DNA of 64,000 nt from Anaerolineae bacterium. Lineage in GTDB: Bacteria; Chloroflexota; Anaerolineae; UBA1429. The notes under the pieces were generated by a model. That model was not told the origin of the DNA, made no database searches, and was given only the letters and a program-made list of their open reading frames with translations. The first letter of the stretch is position 1. Each line of letters begins with the position of its first letter. The translations under genes and the position numbers were made by a program. Positions 42,825 through 51,963 of this stretch are shown piece after piece. The stretch spans positions 2,400,001 through 2,464,000 of the forward strand of contig OY776562.1 of NCBI GenBank assembly GCA_963675785.1. Reading direction: 5' to 3'.

Positions 42825-44144
42825 ATGGCAGTCGCTGCACTGGAGCACAAAGCCACCGCCAAAGAGCGGTGGGCGTGGTACCTCTATGATTTCGGAAACT
42901 CGGCATACGCTGCGGTCGTTATCCTCGCAGTCTATGCAACCTACTTTAAAGGTACGGTGGTCGGCGGAGCACGCGGCACGTTGCTATGGGGCGTCGCAGT
43001 CGGCATTGCCATGTTGGTTGTTGCCATCATATCGCCCGTTCTCGGCGCCATTGCCGACTATGCTGGCGCCAAAAAGAAACTCCTCTTTTTCTTTACCTCT
43101 CTATCCGTTCTCTTCACAGCTCTCTTGTTCTTTGTTCAAGAGGGCAGTGTCTTTACCGGCATGCTCTTTTTCATCCTGGCAGAAATCGGTTACCGAAGCT
43201 CCCAGGTGTTTTATAACTCTCTTTTGCCCGATATCGCTTACCAACATGAAATCGGCAAAGTCTCGGGCAACGGCTGGGCGATCGGCTCAGCTGGCGGTAT
43301 TGTCTGCCTTTTGATTGTTCTTCCGCTCATCTCGGGCATCGGCGGTGCTTTTGTCGTTCGCCTCTCACTGGTCATCACCGCGGTTTTTTATGCTCTTTCT
43401 TCGATTCCCATCTTCAAGTGGCTCAAAGAGCGCAATGAACCCAAAACACTCCCCGAGGGTGAGACGTATCTTTCGATAGCCTTCAAGAGCCTCGGCGAAA
43501 CGTTTCGTTCAGTCCGTACTTTTAAGGAATTCGTCAAGTTTGTCGTCAGCTTTCTCGTATTCAATGACGGCATCATGATGGCATTAAACTTTGCTTCTAT
43601 TCTGGGGGCCGTACTCTTTGGCATGCAGCAAACGCAACTGATCATTTTTATGATCATTGTGCAAGTAACCAGTGTATTGGGAGCCTGGCTATTCGGCATC
43701 ATGGCGGAACGGGTGAGCTGCAAGCGATCACTGATAGTCTCCCTGGTCATCATGGTCGGAACAGTCACCTGGATGTTCTTTAACAACAGCTTGACCAATT
43801 TCTACATAATTGGCGCATTGGCCGGTTTTGCATTAACTGGGGTACAATCTGTAAGCCGTGCTATGGTAGGAACATTTGCACCCGAGAAGCAGAGTGCTTC
43901 TTTCTATGGCTTTTTCGCTGTAGCAGGCCGCGGCTCATCGTTCATTGGCCCAACAGTATTTGGTTGGGTTGCATCTGGTGCCACCAATAGCTATATTGCA
44001 GGCGGCTATGCAGCAACCATAGCTGAACAGATGGGGCACAGAGCCGCTATATGGTCTATTGTGGCATTTTTGGTCGTTGGACTGATCTTACTCCTCTTTG
44101 TTAATGAAAAGCAGGGACAGCAAGTTGCCAGAGATCTTTCCTAG
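42825..44144 (+). CDS. MFS transporter (UMF1/Atg22-like)
   Basis: AWYLYDFGNSAY, SPVLGAIAD, FYNSLLP, QSVSRA; multi-TM. Confidence 0.85.
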   Translation: MAVAALEHKATAKERWAWYLYDFGNSAYAAVVILAVYATYFKGTVVGGARGTLLWGVAVGIAMLVVAIISPVLGAIADYAGAKKKLLFFFTSLSVLFTALLFFVQEGSVFTGMLFFILAEIGYRSSQVFYNSLLPDIAYQHEIGKVSGNGWAIGSAGGIVCLLIVLPLISGIGGAFVVRLSLVITAVFYALSSIPIFKWLKERNEPKTLPEGETYLSIAFKSLGETFRSVRTFKEFVKFVVSFLVFNDGIMMALNFASILGAVLFGMQQTQLIIFMIIVQVTSVLGAWLFGIMAERVSCKRSLIVSLVIMVGTVTWMFFNNSLTNFYIIGALAGFALTGVQSVSRAMVGTFAPEKQSASFYGFFAVAGRGSSFIGPTVFGWVASGATNSYIAGGYAATIAEQMGHRAAIWSIVAFLVVGLILLLFVNEKQGQQVARDLS

Positions 44145-44163
44145 TCTTCAAATGAGGTAGCAT

Positions 44164-44904
44164 ATGGCGATTCAAGGGCAAGTCGTGTATCCGAGGAGAC
44201 AATTTGTTCGTGCCGGACTGCGAGGCTTGACGAGGATTGCCCTTAACCTTGTCTCCAATATGCATATAGAAGGTAGAGAGAATCTGCCTCAATCAGGGCC
44301 ATTGCTCGTGGTTGCTAACCATTTTTCTTTTCTAGATCCCGTGGCCATGATTGCCGTAACAGATTGGCCACTTGAATTCATCGGCGGCACCCAAATGCCG
44401 GGGGCTCCCCCGGCAGTCCGCTGGATTCCCAAGATGTGGGGTATCTTCCCCGTCTTGAGAGGTACTGGCTCTCGTGCGGCGTTGCGCCGATCCGAAAGAG
44501 TACTCAAACAGGGCGGTGTTCTCGGTGTCTTTCCAGAGGCCGGCTCATGGGCCCAAGTACTGCGCCCAGCTCGCCCCGGCACCGCCTTTTTGGCGACGCG
44601 AACCGGCGCCAAGTTGTTGCCCATTGGCTTTAATGGATTGCCTAATGTCATGCCACGTTTGCGCAAGGGCAAGCGAGCTGATGTCCTCGTACGCATTGGC
44701 AAACCATTTGGCCCTTACAACGCCAGTGGCAGCGGCAAGGAACACCGCGCGCAGCTTGATGCCATCGGAGATGAAATCATGCTGCACATCGCTGACCTGT
44801 TGGATCCGGAAACCCGCGGCCATTTTTCCCAGGATCCGGAAATCCGCGCTGCTGCGGCAGGCACCGAGATTTATCCATGGGATGATGAGATGGAATCCGC
44901 CTAG
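44164..44904 (+). CDS. 1-acyl-glycerol-3-phosphate/lysophospholipid acyltransferase
   Basis: NHFSFLD (HX4D) and FPEAG motifs. Confidence 0.85.
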   Translation: MAIQGQVVYPRRQFVRAGLRGLTRIALNLVSNMHIEGRENLPQSGPLLVVANHFSFLDPVAMIAVTDWPLEFIGGTQMPGAPPAVRWIPKMWGIFPVLRGTGSRAALRRSERVLKQGGVLGVFPEAGSWAQVLRPARPGTAFLATRTGAKLLPIGFNGLPNVMPRLRKGKRADVLVRIGKPFGPYNASGSGKEHRAQLDAIGDEIMLHIADLLDPETRGHFSQDPEIRAAAAGTEIYPWDDEMESA

Positions 44905-44929
44905 TAGCTACCGACAGGCTGCCACATTC

Positions 44930-44974
44930 TAAAAAAGCACCTCGGAGTTCTTATTCTCCGAGGTGCTTTTTTTT
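44930..44974. terminator. Bidirectional intrinsic terminator
   Basis: AAAAAAGCACCTCGGAG...CTCCGAGGTGCTTTTTTTT. Confidence 0.85.
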
Positions 44975-45019
44975 GCAAAGCCATCTCTCTCATAGACGCA
45001 TATTATGCCATCTCATAGG

Positions 45020-45265
45020 TTATTCGATCTCCTGATTTTTCTCACAACGCCTCTGATAGGAAATTGCCAGTATCGAGGTAACTATCGAGGTGACACTCAA
45101 GATGAGAATCAGTATCTGGGTGGCTCCGTTTTCCATAAAGCCCGTCGCCGTGTTGATATGATCGATACAAAACAGCACAATGAGCATGCCTGCAACAACG
45201 ATACTGATATGAGGGACTATTTTGGATACCATATTGTGCATTTGCTTCAGTCCTCTCTTATTCAC
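45020..45265 (-). CDS. Small two-TM hypothetical protein
   Basis: Two hydrophobic stretches; overlaps the stop of the upstream gene; true start may be a later Met. Confidence 0.6.
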   Translation of the reverse strand: MNKRGLKQMHNMVSKIVPHISIVVAGMLIVLFCIDHINTATGFMENGATQILILILSVTSIVTSILAISYQRRCEKNQEIE

Positions 45266-46358
45266 TTATAAAGACGATATCACTGACCTGACGCCCGCCG
45301 CTGGCCGGTTGATCGGCAATTTCACCTTCAAATGTCATAACTGAAGATTTGCCGCCATCAAGGTTATAGGCCACGGAAAGCCCCATGTCTTCCATAAGTG
45401 ATGCCAGTGTTTTGAGGGTCATTCCCACCGAATAGCCATCCTGCCGCCCATCAACAACCACAAAACAGTAGTGACCCGGTTCATAATATCCAATGACGGT
45501 TCGGGGATTGATGTTGCTAATGTGCCCCGAGGCGAAATTCGTAAGAGCTTCTCCACTATCTGACAACAATGAAGGGCCAAAACTCCACGCCTGCCATGCA
45601 CCAGATGCCATTGCCTCGTCGGCATCAAACTCATCCTCAGAATAGACCACCATTGTGCCGTCAGAGTAGAGCACACAAACATCACCGCTTACGCTCGAAC
45701 GGTAAAGAATACCATTTCTTATCACGACACTGCTCGACCCTGTACCATAGTAATCACCGTTTATCGCAGCAATGGCATTGTTATCCTCAGCCATATTGAG
45801 CACCCAATCAGTGATTGATCTGCCATAGGTATCGTCGGCAAAGGCTGTACGCAGATATTCTATGCTACGAATATAGATGTCCTCGACGTAATAAGTTACA
45901 CCGCCACTTTGTACAGAAGTGAGCGTTATATTCACATTCTCGCTCATGTACGTAGAATCGGTGGTTATCACCTCTCCGTCGGTAAACTTGTCGGCAAATT
46001 TCACACCCCAATCCTCAGTATCAGAAGTGACGACTGCCTCTTTGGTAGATACATCCACCGAAGCATCAGGCGACGTATCCGATGCATCAGATGCGACTGT
46101 TGGGCTAGGTGTAACACTCACCTCAGCAATCGCCGTAGGAGATACTATATTCTCAATCGTATCGGCCTGGACAGAAGTAAGTTGTGACACAGAAACAAAT
46201 GAACTCGTCTTGGATAGATCTGTCGATATTTTCTGTGGTATGACAAGGTCAAATAACATATAAATGCCGAGTGAGACCACAATAAGCAGAATATCGATTA
46301 CGGCCATTTTGGCCGGGGAAGAACTCTTTTTCTTGTTTGGTATTTTAGTATCATCCAT
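45258..46358 (-). CDS. Membrane-anchored phosphodiester glycosidase family protein (NAGPA/DUF2233-like)
   Basis: AINGDYY, SFGP, NPRTVIG, VVDGR, AYNLDGGKS; N-terminal TM and S/T-rich linker; GGAGG SD. Confidence 0.85.
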   Translation of the reverse strand: MDDTKIPNKKKSSSPAKMAVIDILLIVVSLGIYMLFDLVIPQKISTDLSKTSSFVSVSQLTSVQADTIENIVSPTAIAEVSVTPSPTVASDASDTSPDASVDVSTKEAVVTSDTEDWGVKFADKFTDGEVITTDSTYMSENVNITLTSVQSGGVTYYVEDIYIRSIEYLRTAFADDTYGRSITDWVLNMAEDNNAIAAINGDYYGTGSSSVVIRNGILYRSSVSGDVCVLYSDGTMVVYSEDEFDADEAMASGAWQAWSFGPSLLSDSGEALTNFASGHISNINPRTVIGYYEPGHYCFVVVDGRQDGYSVGMTLKTLASLMEDMGLSVAYNLDGGKSSVMTFEGEIADQPASGGRQVSDIVFISE

Positions 46359-46359
46359 A

Positions 46360-47424
46360 TCAGGCGCCTCCGAGTTCAATCTTTCTAAAAACGAATCGCC
46401 TTTGCGCAACGTAGCTAAGAGCGAATAGTATCAATTCTACGCCAAGTTTGGCGATCCAAAGCGGTACCGAGAGAAGAACATTCAGCAAATACAGCATCAA
46501 ATAGTTGATGCTGAGGATAAGGGCTGCCAAGGTGTAATAGCGAAGAGCCGCCGTCCATATCTGACCATCATCATGAAACACAAGCTGCTTATTCGCCAGA
46601 AAATTGACCAGCGAGCTGATCAGACGGGCACACACAACGCTGATCAGTAGTGAAGCCGCTTCTGCCATGCCTAAAGTCAGTGACTTGAAAACCAGAAGAA
46701 GCGTGAAATCTAGGGCAAACGCACTGAATGATGATAGCGCGAATTTAAGAATACAAGAATAAATTCTTATGGAATCCCACATGGCATTGAAATGCGAAGA
46801 GGCGTTATTCTCAAAATAAACCGTTTCTATCTTGATTTCGTGTATCTCGATCCTTTCTCTGACCGCCCAAAGCAATACATTCATCTCATACTCGTAGCGC
46901 TCACCATCCACATTGAGCAGATCGGGTATCAGGTCCGCGCTAAAAGCGCAAAGTCCAGTTTGCGTGTCCATAAGCCTTTTGCCGCTGGTAGCAGCAAATA
47001 CATACCGCGTCAACGTATTCCCAAATCGGCTGCGAAGTGGCACCTCGCCTTCAAAATGGCGGCTGCCGAGTACCAAAGAGGCGCCCTGATCATTCAGAGA
47101 TTCGCTTACCTTTTTGATATCCTCCGGGCGATGCTGTCCATCCGCATCTGCCGTTACCACCCCCCTGCAATCGGGGAGATTCTGGCGGATATAGGTTAGG
47201 CCGGTCTTGAGAGCACGACCCTTTCCGCGATTATAAGGGTGTGAAAGAAGGATAACCTCGGGGGGCAGCCTGGCGAACACATCATCAAACGCACTTCCGC
47301 TGCCATCGTTTACCACGACTAGAGTAAATCGTTCTTTGAGCAACAAATCCGCAAGTACTATTAACTCATTGGTCGGCTTGTAAGCCGGGATTAGTACGAT
47401 GTGCCTTTCTTCGCCACATCCCAT
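46360..47424 (-). CDS. Bifunctional GT2 glycosyltransferase / GtrA flippase fusion
   Basis: LIPAYKP, VNDGS, NRGKGRALK, DADGQH, DTQTGL; C-terminal 4-TM GtrA domain. Confidence 0.88.
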   Translation of the reverse strand: MGCGEERHIVLIPAYKPTNELIVLADLLLKERFTLVVVNDGSGSAFDDVFARLPPEVILLSHPYNRGKGRALKTGLTYIRQNLPDCRGVVTADADGQHRPEDIKKVSESLNDQGASLVLGSRHFEGEVPLRSRFGNTLTRYVFAATSGKRLMDTQTGLCAFSADLIPDLLNVDGERYEYEMNVLLWAVRERIEIHEIKIETVYFENNASSHFNAMWDSIRIYSCILKFALSSFSAFALDFTLLLVFKSLTLGMAEAASLLISVVCARLISSLVNFLANKQLVFHDDGQIWTAALRYYTLAALILSINYLMLYLLNVLLSVPLWIAKLGVELILFALSYVAQRRFVFRKIELGGA

Positions 47425-47628
47425 AGATTCTTCTCCAACCCTGCTTTCCTATCACAGTCGCTATTAACTTGATCTTTGGTTCAAGTATAGAAAGCAGTTG
47501 TTTAGAACAGTGCAAGAAAAAATGAATTTATCAAGTACTGTGCCTGAAAGAGTTGATTTCGTGCGCCCTGTACAATACGATCGAGAAAGACTGGCTTACC
47601 AAGACGTCCTGACACATAAGGAGATGCT

Positions 47629-48063
47629 GTGGGGGAAAATGCTTTGCACAATGTTCGTCAGGCTGTACCCTTCTTCTGGGTGCAGGACATGCAGCGGTCG
47701 CTCGCGTTTTATGTTAGCAATCTCGAATTCAACGTGGATCAAAAGTGGATTATCGATGGCAGAATTCGTTGGTGTTGGCTAAAACTCGGCAGCGCATCTT
47801 TGATGCTGCAAGAATTTGACGAGCATGGAGAACACACCCTGCCCGTTGGCCCCCTAGGCCAGGGTGTGGAAATATGTTTTATCTGTCAGAATGCTTTGAC
47901 GATTTACCAAAAAGTCCAAAATAAGGAGGTCGAGTTTTCTAGGCCTTTTGTGGGGAATGGTATGTGGATTACAGAAATTTCGGATCCGGATGGATACAGA
48001 CTCTTTTTTGAAAGCCCTACGGACATGCCTGAAGAAACTGTTTACAGGGGGACGGGAGTATGA
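47629..48063 (+). CDS. VOC/glyoxalase family protein
   Basis: VQDMQRSLAFY...DPDGYRL; GTG start after AAGGAG. Confidence 0.8.
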   Translation: MGENALHNVRQAVPFFWVQDMQRSLAFYVSNLEFNVDQKWIIDGRIRWCWLKLGSASLMLQEFDEHGEHTLPVGPLGQGVEICFICQNALTIYQKVQNKEVEFSRPFVGNGMWITEISDPDGYRLFFESPTDMPEETVYRGTGV

Positions 48064-48989
48064 ACAAGCTGAGCTCTCGCTCCCTAGCTGTTCTCAAAGC
48101 GCTGTTCGTCGTCTTTCTTTGGGCTACTTCATGGGTTCTCATCAAGATCGGATTGCAGGATATTCCCGCACTCACCTTTGCCGGTCTGCGCTATGCGTTA
48201 GCCTTTGTATGTCTCATTCCGGTAATCATGCTCAGCCAAGAGAAAAAATCCTTGAGAGGGATATCAAAACAAGATTGGCGCCGTCTCTTGATCCTCGGTA
48301 TCCTCCTGTACTCGATTACACAGGGTGCATCATTTGTGGCTTTGGCATATCTACCAGCGGTGACTGTTAATTTGATCTGGTCCTTTAGCAGCATCATCGT
48401 AGCCGTAATGGGAATCTTTTTCCTGGCCGAACGTCCATCCAAATTCCAGTGGCTCGGGTTGGGTTTTGCTATGTTTGGCGCAGTCGTCTATTTCTATCCC
48501 GTAGAATTAGAGACAAACCAGATTTGGGGTGTTATCGCCTCGCTTGTTGGCATTCTAGCCAATGCAGGAGCCGTGATCTTTGGCAGAAACATAAACCGAA
48601 CGGGGCATATCTCTCCATTGATCGTAACTTTTATTAGCATGGGTTTTGGCTCTATCGGTTTGCTGACAACCGGAATCCTTACACAGGGTTTTCCCCCACT
48701 TTCGTTACAGAACTGGGCAATCATCGCCTGGCTGGCAGTTGTGAATACAGCATTCGCCTTTACAGTGTGGAACCACACCTTGCGCACGCTTTCTGCGATG
48801 GAATCGAGCATCATTAATGGCACTATGATGATCTGGATTCCTATACTCGCGGTCCTATTTCTTGATGAGACGGTTGCTACAAAAGAGCTATTGGGCTTGA
48901 TCGTGGTTGGCGTAGGAACGCTGATTGTTCAATTGCGCAATCCAACAATTTTGTCCAAGATGTTCAAACGAAATCTCTCTAAAAAGTAG
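48060..48989 (+). CDS. EamA/DMT family transporter
   Basis: LWATSW...LRY, FFLAERP; two EamA repeats; overlaps the previous stop. Confidence 0.87.
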   Translation: MNKLSSRSLAVLKALFVVFLWATSWVLIKIGLQDIPALTFAGLRYALAFVCLIPVIMLSQEKKSLRGISKQDWRRLLILGILLYSITQGASFVALAYLPAVTVNLIWSFSSIIVAVMGIFFLAERPSKFQWLGLGFAMFGAVVYFYPVELETNQIWGVIASLVGILANAGAVIFGRNINRTGHISPLIVTFISMGFGSIGLLTTGILTQGFPPLSLQNWAIIAWLAVVNTAFAFTVWNHTLRTLSAMESSIINGTMMIWIPILAVLFLDETVATKELLGLIVVGVGTLIVQLRNPTILSKMFKRNLSKK

Positions 48990-49092
48990 TAATGCAATAT
49001 GAATTGCGAGCACAGGCGAGATGTACCCTGGCGATATTCGAAGGAGTTAACTGCCGAACGAGGAAGAAGCCTACTAGTCAGAAACAGCAAAA

Positions 49093-49121
49093 CGACCAGT
49101 TGACATGTAATCAACTGGTCG
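49093..49121 (-). terminator. Hairpin terminator downstream of tRNA-Gln
   Basis: CGACCAGTTGA-catgtaa-TCAACTGGTCG followed by TTTT on the minus strand. Confidence 0.7.
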
Positions 49122-49137
49122 CCATCTGCGTTTTAGG

Positions 49138-49208
49138 CTGAGGGACAGGGATTCGAACCCCGATTGACTGATTCAGAGTCAGCTGTCCTACCGTTAGACG
49201 ATCCCCCA
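49138..49208 (-). tRNA. tRNA-Gln (anticodon CTG); CCA not fully encoded
   Basis: TGGGGGA...TCCCTCA-G acceptor stem, GCTGA-CTCTGAA-TCAGT anticodon arm, GGTTCGAATCC T-loop, U1-A72; followed by CCT. Confidence 0.93.
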
Positions 49209-49219
49209 ACGCGGGGCTC

Positions 49220-49248
49220 AGTATAGCAATCTGAGCCTCGAACGTCAA
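49220..49248 (-). promoter_or_regulatory. sigma70 promoter of tRNA-Gln
   Basis: TTGACG-17 bp-TATACT with a TG extension and a GC-rich discriminator. Confidence 0.8.
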
Positions 49249-49286
49249 ATACAGTCAGATGCTCGGCACAAAGCAGCTAGAACCAT

Positions 49287-50771
49287 CTACGACTGGCTCA
49301 GCTTCTCATATGCTGCATCCAGGCGCGCTAGGCTACGTTCTTTACCAAGGATTTTAAGCGTGCCAAACATGGGCGGCGAGACGGTTTTGCCCGTTACGGC
49401 AACGCGAATCGGCGCAAAGAACTTGCCAGCGCCCATATCCAAAACGGAGGCTTGGTTGCGTAGCGCTTCTTCAATCGTCTCTTCCTCAAAGAGCTCTACC
49501 TCACTGAGGCAAGCTTTAGCCTGAGCAAGCATATTCAAAGTAGATTCGCGGTCCATTTTTTTGCCGATCAAGAGTTGCGGATCGTAATCGAGTTCATCGA
49601 CGAAAAAGGTGTCCACAAGCGGCACAAGGTCTTTCAATGTGCGCATGCGTTCTCGTACGAGCGGCTCCAAATCCAGCACTGTGGCCAAGTCCGCCTTGAT
49701 GCCGTTAGCGAGTAGCTCTTGCAGCATACGCCCGGCCAAGTCATTCATGCCCAAAGAGCGAATGTACTCGGCGTTCATGTGGTCGAGCTTTTCATAAGAA
49801 AAAGCCGCTGGCGATTTGTTGACGCGTTCGAGATCAAACACCTCAACGAGTCGACTCTGGTTGAAATACTCTGTCTGGCCGTCGTATGACCAGCCCACCA
49901 GCGCCAAAAAGTTGAACAACGCCTCTGGAAGATATCCAGCTTCTTTGAACTCGTGTACATAAGTCAACATTTCGGGCTCGCCCGGAATACGCTTTTTGCG
50001 CTTGCTCAGCTTGCCCTTGCCGCTGGGATCAAGAATGGTTGGCAGATGAGCCTGCACAGGCACTTGCCAGCCAAAAGCCTGGTACAAAAGCACATGCTTG
50101 GGGACACTGGCTAACCACTCATCGCCGCGCATAATATGTGTAATGCCCATCAAATGGTCATCGATCACATTGGCTAAATGATAGGTGGGGAATCCATCAG
50201 ATTTGAGCAAGACCAGGTCATCCAACTGCTGGTTATCAACCGTAATGTGACCCCGGAAAAGGTCGTCATATTCGGTAGCACCCTTTGTGGGGATGGCCAA
50301 ACGCACCACCCAGGGGCACCCTTCGGCCTCGTACTCGGCAATCTGTTTCTGAGTCAAAAATCGGCAATGCCGGTCATATCCAGGGGGTTGCTTATTAACA
50401 CGCTGTTCCTCACGCATAGCGTCCAGGCGCTCTGGCGTACAATAACAGCGATAAGCCTTGCCCTCAGCAACCAGTTGGTCGCAATATTTTTGATAAAAAG
50501 GCAACCGGTCCGACTGAAAATAAGGGCCGTAATCACCACCCACTTCGGGGCCCTCATCCCAATATAGGCCTAACCAGCGAAGTCCAGCCATTAAATCGGG
50601 CAGTGAATCGGGCACATAGCGCGTGCGATCTGTATCCTCGATGCGAAGAATGAACTTGCCGCCACAATGTCTGGCAAACAACCAATTATAGAGCGCAGTG
50701 CGCGCCCCCCCAACGTGAAGATATCCCGTTGGGCTGGGAGCGAAGCGTACGCGCACACTATCAGAACTCAT
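49287..50771 (-). CDS. gltX: Glutamate--tRNA ligase
   Basis: RFAPSPTGYLHVGG, LRIEDTD, PTYHLA, RGDEW, KLSKR. Confidence 0.97.
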   Translation of the reverse strand: MSSDSVRVRFAPSPTGYLHVGGARTALYNWLFARHCGGKFILRIEDTDRTRYVPDSLPDLMAGLRWLGLYWDEGPEVGGDYGPYFQSDRLPFYQKYCDQLVAEGKAYRCYCTPERLDAMREEQRVNKQPPGYDRHCRFLTQKQIAEYEAEGCPWVVRLAIPTKGATEYDDLFRGHITVDNQQLDDLVLLKSDGFPTYHLANVIDDHLMGITHIMRGDEWLASVPKHVLLYQAFGWQVPVQAHLPTILDPSGKGKLSKRKKRIPGEPEMLTYVHEFKEAGYLPEALFNFLALVGWSYDGQTEYFNQSRLVEVFDLERVNKSPAAFSYEKLDHMNAEYIRSLGMNDLAGRMLQELLANGIKADLATVLDLEPLVRERMRTLKDLVPLVDTFFVDELDYDPQLLIGKKMDRESTLNMLAQAKACLSEVELFEEETIEEALRNQASVLDMGAGKFFAPIRVAVTGKTVSPPMFGTLKILGKERSLARLDAAYEKLSQS

Positions 50772-50790
50772 TCTAAATATCCCCCCGTGC

Positions 50791-51960
50791 TCAGTCTTCT
50801 GGCAGGCCAGGGCGCTCTGGATGCACAGAGCGCACCGCCACGCTTTGCGCCAATCCTAACGCCATAATTGTAGTAACCAACGAACTGCCGCCATAACTCA
50901 CAAGCGGAAGCGGCAATCCCGTAACCGGCAAAATGCTCATGTTCATGCCAATGTTGACAAACATTTGAACACCTATCATAGCTGCAACGCCGATAACGAT
51001 CAAACGCCCTCCAGCGTCAAGTGCATCATTGGCAATCTTGAGCAGTTGAAAGAGCAGATACACAAACAGACTGATTAACACCAAGCAGCCAATAAAGCCA
51101 AATTCTTCAGCGAGAACGGAAAAGATAAAGTCCGTATGACGCACCCGCAAGAAATAGAGCTGGCTTTGCGTCCCCTGAAGATAGCCTTTGCCAAAAAGCC
51201 CTCCCGAACCAATGCTAGTCAGCGCCTGGCGGATGTTATAGGTTGCTCCAGCAGGGTCACGGTCGGGGAACAAAAAGTTCAGAAACCGGTCACGCATATA
51301 GGTTTCCATCTGGAACCAAGCCACGGGCACAGCCAAAGCCCCCAAGAGGCCTGCACCGGCGACATAAACCCATCTGATGCCAGACATAAAGACCATGACA
51401 ACCCAAATGAACGCGACGACCAGCGCCGTACCGGCATCTGGTTGAAGGTAGATGAGTGCGATGGGGATAGCAACAACAGCACCAGAGACTAACGTGGGGA
51501 GCAACGTGTCATGCCAGGATTCATACTGCTCTAAGAGATGGGCCAAGATAACGATAAGCATTATCTTGCATAATTCAGAGGGCTGCACGCCGAAATATTC
51601 GAGTTCAAGCCAGCTTTGAGCGCCAAAATTAGTCTGCCCTAACAGGGCCGTAACACCGAGGATGACCACACAAAATGCCAACAGCCAGCGCCACATGCGC
51701 AACATGACATGATAATCTACCAACACAGCTGCAAGATAAAAGATCAAGCCTATGCCAGTAAAAACCACCTGCCTGAACACGGTATTGTCCATAAGCGTTA
51801 CGACATCTTCACGAGAGACCTCGTATGCGCTATAGATCATGGCACAGCCTATACCGATCAAAGCCATCATGGCCAGAAACATGCCCCAGTTAAAGTGCGA
51901 GAATAGTGCTCTTCGGCGCTGTTTCTCTATATTAGGCCCGGCCAAACTCCAGAGTGCCAC
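50791..51960 (-). CDS. rodA: SEDS peptidoglycan glycosyltransferase RodA
   Basis: GAQSW, QPSE, QPDAGT, HTDFIF, TGLPLPLVSYGGSS. Confidence 0.92.
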   Translation of the reverse strand: MALWSLAGPNIEKQRRRALFSHFNWGMFLAMMALIGIGCAMIYSAYEVSREDVVTLMDNTVFRQVVFTGIGLIFYLAAVLVDYHVMLRMWRWLLAFCVVILGVTALLGQTNFGAQSWLELEYFGVQPSELCKIMLIVILAHLLEQYESWHDTLLPTLVSGAVVAIPIALIYLQPDAGTALVVAFIWVVMVFMSGIRWVYVAGAGLLGALAVPVAWFQMETYMRDRFLNFLFPDRDPAGATYNIRQALTSIGSGGLFGKGYLQGTQSQLYFLRVRHTDFIFSVLAEEFGFIGCLVLISLFVYLLFQLLKIANDALDAGGRLIVIGVAAMIGVQMFVNIGMNMSILPVTGLPLPLVSYGGSSLVTTIMALGLAQSVAVRSVHPERPGLPED

Positions 51961-51963
51961 TGA

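Noticed and set aside
44900-45020. Possible att-site duplicate of the tRNA-Gln 3' end
   Set aside because: No match longer than a few bases was found by eye, and no integrase is present.
47484-47526. AGAA/TGAA repeats upstream of a TATACT box (possible response-regulator site)
   Set aside because: Spacing is irregular (11 then 8 bp) in AT-rich sequence; too weak to call.
49287-50771. Calling GltX non-discriminating because it lies next to tRNA-Gln
   Set aside because: The anticodon-domain residue (Arg in VRERMRTL) is not diagnostic; the call needs the genome's gatCAB/glnS inventory.
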